Virus record (IMG/VR): IMGVR_UViG_3300048834_001323
Span: 1-54,125 of that record
Strand: one strand, 5' to 3'
Origin: a virus
Taxonomy: Duplodnaviria > Caudoviricetes
DNA length: 54,125 nt
In this document: in pieces, positions 48,646-54,125 of the stretch
How positions within the stretch are numbered: position 1 is the stretch's first letter
Layout of the letters: each line of letters opens with the position of its first letter
The notes under the pieces: generated by a model
The model's input: the letters and a program-made list of their open reading frames with translations, nothing else
What the model was told of the DNA's origin: nothing
Database searches by the model: none
Translations under genes and position numbers: made by a program

Positions 48646-48713
48646 AGCTAACACTCACGGCAGCGGCGCGCCAATAATAAGTAAAGGCGCGCCGCTGAAT
48701 GTGAAAGTTAGGA
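48646..48713. repeat. Intergenic attC-like imperfect palindrome, copy 3
   Basis: AGCTAACACTCACGGCAGCGGCGCGCC-N13-GGCGCGCCGCTGAATGTGAAAGTTAGGA; overlaps the stop codon of the upstream gene. Confidence 0.85.
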
Positions 48714-48950
48714 GTAAACTAATTGATCCAGTTCTTTTTGTGGCACTTTGCGCGCAAACTCATAACCGGCTTTTTTAATGTGTCGCGTTGTGGTAGCACT
48801 CCATTTTTCACAAGTTTGGACGAAATCGCCATTTGAAAGTTGCGCCGCTACTGGAGTCTCATAAGAAAACAACACTGTTACGGCAGTTGGCGCGCCTTTG
48901 GGCGTATACGTCAACTCGGTGCAGTTTGGAGCAATTTGTTTAATTCGCAT
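48708..48950 (-). CDS. Small early phage protein
   Basis: VLFSYETPVAA..WSATTTRHI motif; conserved leader; first ORF after the early promoters. Confidence 0.7.
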   Translation of the reverse strand: MRIKQIAPNCTELTYTPKGAPTAVTVLFSYETPVAAQLSNGDFVQTCEKWSATTTRHIKKAGYEFARKVPQKELDQLVYS

Positions 48951-49074
48951 TTTTTTTACTTCCTGTAAATTAGATTTTACGACTAAAGGCGCGCCGCTAA
49001 TCGCAAACGGTTAAAATTCTAAAATCAATTCGCGCCGGTTTCACTTCTCTTTTCTAATCTGTTATTTTATTTAT

Positions 49075-49755
49075 TTATTCCTTTTTGAATTGTGAGTCCA
49101 AAAAGGAGCGCGCCCACTGTAGCGATTAGGTTAGAAAACTAATCGCACGCGCTCATGTTTGCTGATAATCAATCTTTGTGATTATGTTTGGTTCGGACGC
49201 CTTACGGCGCGCTACCATGTCATTATCAGCACTCATGCCACGTTATTATGATTCGTAAACTTTGCATTAAAGAAGTGATATAGAATAACGCTAAACTTTT
49301 GGAATTTTGGCGCGTTAGTTTAGGTTTAATCCATATTATCACGCGTTATTATTCACTGTTAAAAGTCGCATTTTCGCACACTGGGACAAACTTTAGTTTG
49401 TATGCTTTATTGCTATTTTTACGAATCGAATTATCAAGGATCAAACTTTCAAAAAGTATTTTTACGGATAACAGTTTGCTTTATTAGTATCACGGCGCGA
49501 ATTTTCGCGTTTATCCGCTAACATTGCCCCTACACTGCGATCCTAACACTTTATGAAGTTGTGTTTTACGACTTGAGATAATGAGAAATTGAAAAGATTT
49601 TAGCGTTCGCAAGTTTAGAGATAATACAGATTATAGGCGCATTGCCAACTGCGTTATTCATTCGTGCTAATGACTTTATGTGACTTCTTTTCGTTATTCT
49701 CTTTTCTCTTTGGTGCAATGTCAGTTCCGAAAATTTCTTTTCTCGACTGCGATGA
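49075..49755 (-). ncRNA. Candidate large structured non-coding RNA / early leader
   Basis: No credible ORF; more than 12 nested stems including long-range ones; GNRA-capped stem on the - strand; begins at the predicted TSS. Confidence 0.6.
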
Positions 49756-49759
49756 ATCT

Positions 49760-49788
49760 ATTCTATCAGCTATCCGCTTGTGTGTCAA
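49760..49788 (-). promoter_or_regulatory. Strong sigma70-type early promoter, copy 1
   Basis: TTGACA-17 nt-TAGAAT with an A-rich upstream tract. Confidence 0.85.
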
Positions 49789-49869
49789 CTGTTAGAGAAG
49801 ATTTATTTTTCTGATTAGATATTGCCCTGAGGCGTGCTCAACTTCGCTTCTTTCTAATCAGATGAATCT

Positions 49870-49898
49870 ATTCTATCAGCTATCCGCTTGCGTGTCAA
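49870..49898 (-). promoter_or_regulatory. Strong sigma70-type early promoter, copy 2
   Basis: Part of a 59-bp direct repeat (49751-49809 and 49861-49919; one mismatch). Confidence 0.85.
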
Positions 49899-49933
49899 CT
49901 GTTAGAGAAGATTTATTTTATTTCTTTTTTTTG

Positions 49934-50112
49934 GCGCGCGTGCTGATGCTCCAGTGCTGATGACGTGGCGCGCGTGCTGCTGACCATGAGCGCGCGTGCT
50001 GATGACCGAGCAGCGCGCGTGCTGATGACCGAGCAGCGCGCGTGCTGATGACCGAGCAGCGCGCGTGCTGATGACCGAGCAGCGCGCGTGCTGATGACCG
50101 AGCAGCGCGCGT
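49934..50112. repeat. Tandem array, 5 perfect x 23 bp plus degenerate copies
   Basis: GCGCGCGTGCTGATGACCGAGCA at 49990-50104. Confidence 0.95.
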
Positions 50113-50189
50113 TATTCCTTTATATCATGCGACCAAAAAGAAGAGAATTGTGCTTTTTTGCAGCATTTTTTAGCATTTTTCGCGCTTTT

Positions 50190-50515
50190 CTTTTTTGTGC
50201 CGGATTTTGTGCCGCATTTTTCCAAAAAGTGCCGCTTGTGCCAGATTATTTTTTGGGAGTGCCGGATTTTGGTGGGTTGAGTGACTTATTATCAAGGAAG
50301 TTGAGTAAAAATAATCCGGCACTTTTTCGAAAAATGCGGCACAAAGTGCCGGATTCAATGACACGTGCTTTATACTATGTAAATACAAAGTGCCGCTTTT
50401 GACGGATTTTTTTCTTTGATTAAGAGTGCAAAGAAAACAGAAAACACATTAAAATCTTTTTGCTTTTTTATTCACACTACAAAGTGCACTTTGATGCGTC
50501 ACAAGCGGCACTTTC
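50190..50515. repeat. Cluster of GTGCCG iteron-like motifs in both orientations (candidate origin or packaging site)
   Basis: GTGCCG at 50197, 50209, 50229, 50259, 50346, 50390 and CGGCAC at 50317, 50337, 50506, in AT-rich DNA. Confidence 0.65.
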
Positions 50516-50885
50516 TCATTTTAATCCTACTTTGCACGACAATACGCCATTTTTCTATCATAATACAAATTATATTACTTAATGTCTTATTGACTCCCTC
50601 CCTCCCGTCTTTTTTGTTGACCCCACCCCGATCCACAGGCGTGGGCAGGTGCGTAAATATACCGAGGTAACTCCCGAAAAGTTTTCAATATCTAAACAAA
50701 AAAGGAAGAAATAAGCTCGATTCACAACGAAAACCACTTCTTTCTGGTCACGCCCCAATCGAGTTACGACTGAGCCAATAAACATCCACCACAAGCCGCC
50801 TCCGAGCCTCCAACGCGCCCTGGGCCACGACCGAGCCACTATCGCCCTGCCGATCTACAGCCTCCAACCACTCATAGCATTGAAT

Positions 50886-50914
50886 TTGACACTACGAATT
50901 TTCCATGTTACAAT
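50886..50914 (+). promoter_or_regulatory. Sigma70-type rightward promoter
   Basis: TTGACA-17 nt-TACAAT with extended -10 TG. Confidence 0.75.
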
Positions 50915-50922
50915 CCGTTCTT

Positions 50923-51288
50923 ATGAACAACTTCCTCGCCTTTGCCCTCGGCTCCATCATCACCTGCTTCCTTATGCTCGTTCCGGTATGGGTTGATTCA
51001 ATCAAGCGGCAGAAAATCATCGCCGCCGTCACCGACACCTTCATCCCTCTGCGAAACCTGCTCGTGCAGTCCGAGTCGCACCTCTTCCTCATCCGCCAAA
51101 AGCAGATCGAGGACTTGTCCAGCCTCACCGAGCAGGACGGCCTCATCGACCGCTTGGAACAAAAACACGAGCGCATCCAGCAGGACGAACATTACTTTAC
51201 GACCGTCGAAGAAGCTCACCGCGCCGTAGAACGGCTCAAAGAACTCGTCCATCAAGACGAAAACCACCTTCTTTGGCCGCTCGACTAA
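50923..51288 (+). CDS. Membrane-anchored coiled-coil protein, probably near-leaderless
   Basis: N-terminal TM helix; ATG 8 nt after the -10 box. Confidence 0.6.
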   Translation: MNNFLAFALGSIITCFLMLVPVWVDSIKRQKIIAAVTDTFIPLRNLLVQSESHLFLIRQKQIEDLSSLTEQDGLIDRLEQKHERIQQDEHYFTTVEEAHRAVERLKELVHQDENHLLWPLD

Positions 51289-51303
51289 CAGGAGAAAATA
51301 ATT

Positions 51304-52341
51304 ATGATACAAGCAACAAACGACGTAAAACGATTCATGGTGGAAATGGGGCAGAATGTGCGTCTTGTGCCGGATGCCGACATTCCCGCAGTGGAAATGC
51401 AACTGCGCTATGATTTAATTGCCGAGGAAGTCAATCAGGAGCTTCTTGAAGCCATCGCCAACCGCAACCTCGCCTCCATCGCTGACGGCTGCGCTGACGC
51501 CATCTACGTCATTATCGGCACCGCCCTCGCCTTTGGCATTGACCTGTCGCCCATCTGGAACGAGGTGCAGCGCGCCAACATGGACAAGCTGCATGGCCCC
51601 ATCCGCGAGGACGGCAAGCGGCTCAAGCCCGAAGGGTGGCGCGCTCCCGACATTAAGGGGTTGATTGAAGAGCAAGAAAGCCCTGATTACACCGCCTTAC
51701 AAGAAGAGCGATACTTTATCGGTAGCGATGATTCGGGACATAATTACATCGTCCCCACATCGAAATACCGTGAATGGTCTGCGTGGCGCGAAATCTCCGA
51801 AGACAATGAAGAATCGTGGGATGCCCCAGGATGGGCCGAGCGCATTGAAGGCGGATTCACGTTCACCAATCCTGTTGTAGAATCATTACCAAGCCGCAGA
51901 AAACAAAGGAGAAATAACATGGATACAAAGCTATTCAAAAAGTTGGCCGAGAACGCTCGTAAAATCGATTGGGACGAGACTGCCTTGCTCGACAAGCGCG
52001 AGGTCGCCGTCAAGGACGTTGACCTCAATGGTAAAGTCGATGTCGGGACTGTGATTGGCGCGGTGACAGGCAAGCCGGTCAGCCCTATGAGCGCGACCGT
52101 GACTTTCATCGACGGCGGTCAGGAGCGCACCGTTCACGGCACCTTTTGGCCTCGTGACTTTCGCCCCGAATCGGTCAATCTCGATGGCGCGGGCAAAGAA
52201 AACGGCAAAGTCTCTCTCGCTGGCAGCTTTGCTTTCACCGAAGTTGATTTACGCCTGCGCTTTCGGTGGAGCGACCCCGGCAACGCCTTCGTGCATGAGT
52301 TTCTCGTAGAGGGAGAAGTCTCTATCGGGAATTTCCTCTAA
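51304..52341 (+). CDS. MazG-like (PRA-PH) nucleotide pyrophosphohydrolase fused to two further domains
   Basis: LIAEE..EL..IADGCADAIYV..WNEVQRANMDK..REDGK.LKPEGW. Confidence 0.8.
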   Translation: MIQATNDVKRFMVEMGQNVRLVPDADIPAVEMQLRYDLIAEEVNQELLEAIANRNLASIADGCADAIYVIIGTALAFGIDLSPIWNEVQRANMDKLHGPIREDGKRLKPEGWRAPDIKGLIEEQESPDYTALQEERYFIGSDDSGHNYIVPTSKYREWSAWREISEDNEESWDAPGWAERIEGGFTFTNPVVESLPSRRKQRRNNMDTKLFKKLAENARKIDWDETALLDKREVAVKDVDLNGKVDVGTVIGAVTGKPVSPMSATVTFIDGGQERTVHGTFWPRDFRPESVNLDGAGKENGKVSLAGSFAFTEVDLRLRFRWSDPGNAFVHEFLVEGEVSIGNFL

Positions 52342-52349
52342 AGAACATT

Positions 52350-52631
52350 ATGGATATTCAAGATACTTTGAAAGAGCGTGGCAAGAAATACGGTAGCTTC
52401 CAAGAACACGCGCGTATTTCCCAAAACCTCAAGAGCGCGATGCACGACAGCCCAAATTGGGATGCTTTACCGCCTCATACCAAAGAAGCGTTTGAAATGG
52501 TTCAGCACAAGATCGCCAGGGCATTGAATGGCGATCCCGGATATTCCGACAACCCACGCGACATGGCCGGATATTCACAACTACTCACTGAAATACTGGA
52601 AGCCGCAGAAACAGAGCTTCCTCAACCATGA
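52350..52631 (+). CDS. DUF6378-like phage protein
   Basis: LKERGKKYGSF..HKIARALNGDP..D..DMAGY. Confidence 0.75.
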   Translation: MDIQDTLKERGKKYGSFQEHARISQNLKSAMHDSPNWDALPPHTKEAFEMVQHKIARALNGDPGYSDNPRDMAGYSQLLTEILEAAETELPQP

Positions 52632-52665
52632 GCCTTGCTCTACGAAGTAAAGGAGAAATAATCAA

Positions 52666-53256
52666 ATGGCAGAAAACAAAAACGTCACCGTCCAGGTCGA
52701 CACCACCCCGTCTAAAGCAGGCAGCAAGACAAGCACCTTCCTGCTTTACCTCATCAGCCTCGCCGTCACTTCGGTCTTGCCGTTCGCGCTGATCGCCGCC
52801 GAGAACTACTATAAGGCCATCCCGGAGAACTCCTGGGTCGCCATCCTCATGTCGGGCCTCATTCCGATTGGCTACGGCATCCAGCGCCTCATGGCGACCG
52901 GCAAAGAGCGCGACACCATTGCGCGCGTGGCCGAAGCGCAGGCCACTATCGAAGTCAGTCAGGCCGGTAGCTCCAGCATCCTTAAAAATGCCGGACTGGA
53001 ACTTCTTCTTGGTCTCATCAAAGAAAAAGCAGGCGAGAAGATCGGATTGGACGAAGATGAGCGAAAGGAGGCTGATCCGGTTGTTAATGCAGAAGATTAC
53101 GGAATGGACGATGCACCTAACGTAGCCCCTGAACCGACCAATCGAACCAACATCACTGATGAAAATCTAAGTGCCTTTATCGGTAAGAACATGGGTCTGC
53201 TCGACCTTGCCGCTAAAAAGGAAGTGGCGCAACTAATTACGCAAAAACTCAGCTAA
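52666..53256 (+). CDS. Two-TM membrane protein, candidate holin
   Basis: AGSKTSTF followed by two hydrophobic helices; TAATG-coupled to the endolysin. Confidence 0.55.
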   Translation: MAENKNVTVQVDTTPSKAGSKTSTFLLYLISLAVTSVLPFALIAAENYYKAIPENSWVAILMSGLIPIGYGIQRLMATGKERDTIARVAEAQATIEVSQAGSSSILKNAGLELLLGLIKEKAGEKIGLDEDERKEADPVVNAEDYGMDDAPNVAPEPTNRTNITDENLSAFIGKNMGLLDLAAKKEVAQLITQKLS

Positions 53257-54125
53257 TGAATAAGGCTTACACTCAACGAGTGCCGACTCCTCATCGCAAA
53301 AGCATGAATACCGGCTTGAGCGCCTGTAAGGTCAGCACTCTCAAAGCAATCTTCGGCCCGTTCCCCGACCTGCCGGTGAATTGCAGCAGCGCCCCGAAAA
53401 ACAAGAAGGTCGCCGCTTTGACCGAGACTCGTAACGTCATGCCTCCGGGCGCGAAGGCGATGAGGGTGACGGCGATTAAGCCTTTCCTGGACGCTTTGGA
53501 GCGCGTGTTCAAAAAAGTTTACAAAGACCACCCTGCGCTTTGCGATTTAATTAAGAGTCAAGGCGGTCTTTGCTACCGAGCGGTGCGCGGGAGTAGCAGC
53601 CCAAGTAATCACGCAGCCGGAACTGCGATTGATTTGGAGATCGGCGGATACTTGCCCCCGATGGATTACAGCCCGGAGACGCCTGACCCGATCCCGATAG
53701 GCTTCGTCATCCTCTACGGCTATATGCACGCTGAAGGAATCTACTGGTCGGCTGGATATGCCGGAAGTCGTGTTGACTCAATGCACTGGGAAGCGGCTGA
53801 CGAAACTTTGCGCGAATGGGCAAAGGACGGATTGCTCGACCCGAATTACGCCCCGCCAAAAAAATCCGCCGCCAAAAAAGAACCGATACTGATTCTTAAC
53901 GGCAAGGAAGTTGAAGGAGCGTATCTGACGCCTGCCAGCAATGGGTTGAAGGATTGGAACGCGACCGAAGGCGCGCTGGCTGTCATTCTGGGCTTTACAA
54001 CTCAGTATCCGAACCGGATGGTCGATGTGTCGGACTGTTACGAAAGTCACGGCTGGAAGCTGCAAAAATATACAGGTCGTCTCGAAGCAAGAAATCGGGT
54101 TGACATCCGCGTAGTGCGCGCGTAA
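53256..54125 (+). CDS. Endolysin, M15 family metallopeptidase
   Basis: R..SNHAAGTAID..DSMHWE zinc-binding motifs. Confidence 0.85.
   Translation: MNKAYTQRVPTPHRKSMNTGLSACKVSTLKAIFGPFPDLPVNCSSAPKNKKVAALTETRNVMPPGAKAMRVTAIKPFLDALERVFKKVYKDHPALCDLIKSQGGLCYRAVRGSSSPSNHAAGTAIDLEIGGYLPPMDYSPETPDPIPIGFVILYGYMHAEGIYWSAGYAGSRVDSMHWEAADETLREWAKDGLLDPNYAPPKKSAAKKEPILILNGKEVEGAYLTPASNGLKDWNATEGALAVILGFTTQYPNRMVDVSDCYESHGWKLQKYTGRLEARNRVDIRVVRA

Larger units (their letters stand above)
1..54125. mobile_element. Apparently complete tailed bacteriophage genome (siphovirus-type; no integrase seen)
   Basis: Ordered packaging-head-neck-tail-fibre module, lysis genes, replication/early arm on the opposite strand, no host housekeeping genes; the last gene (endolysin) logically precedes the membrane proteins at position 1. 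Confidence 0.93.

Noticed and set aside
46061-48713. Complete integron
   Set aside because: No tyrosine recombinase or attI seen; only attC-like repeats, reported as a hypothesis
48990-50900. tRNA genes or a group I/II intron in the non-coding region
   Set aside because: No cloverleaf with a T-loop motif, no interrupted host gene and no recognisable intron core by eye; a covariance search is still advisable
1-54125. Genome-wide stop-codon reassignment
   Set aside because: Genes are full length in the standard code and many end in TGA or TAG with tight coupling; only one suggestive in-frame TGA was found

Overview
The window looks like an essentially complete ~54 kb tailed dsDNA phage genome of siphovirus type. 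It starts exactly on an ATG and ends exactly on a TAA, so it is probably a circularly permuted contig. The + strand arm (50.9 kb to the end, then 1-31.0 kb) carries nucleotide-pool genes, lysis (M15 peptidase and membrane proteins), a Mu-like terminase/portal, protease-scaffold, capsid, neck, tail tube, chaperone with a probable -1 frameshift, tape measure, a GTA-like tail tip, a GT9 glycosyltransferase plus SAM methyltransferase beside a 45x Gly-Ser protein, and fibres. The - strand arm (49.0-31.0 kb) carries an AT-rich early region of small, often acidic genes, then PadR-like regulators, two DNA methyltransferases (one interrupted), Gp157, an SSB-like protein, a Toprim primase-helicase and RuvC. 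I see no integrase, reverse transcriptase, Cas gene or tRNA. Most unusual signals: (1) a ~680-nt ORF-less, densely base-paired RNA candidate directly behind duplicated consensus early promoters; (2) ~68-bp attC-like palindromes, a conserved leader motif and a related 23-bp tandem array separating early genes like cassettes; (3) an in-frame UGA at the first Cys position of a CxxC..CxxC domain, followed by a hairpin (possible selenoprotein); (4) a candidate virion glycosylation module; (5) a C4/P4-CI-like regulatory RNA upstream of the primase. All product calls come from motif and synteny recognition by eye; no searches were run.
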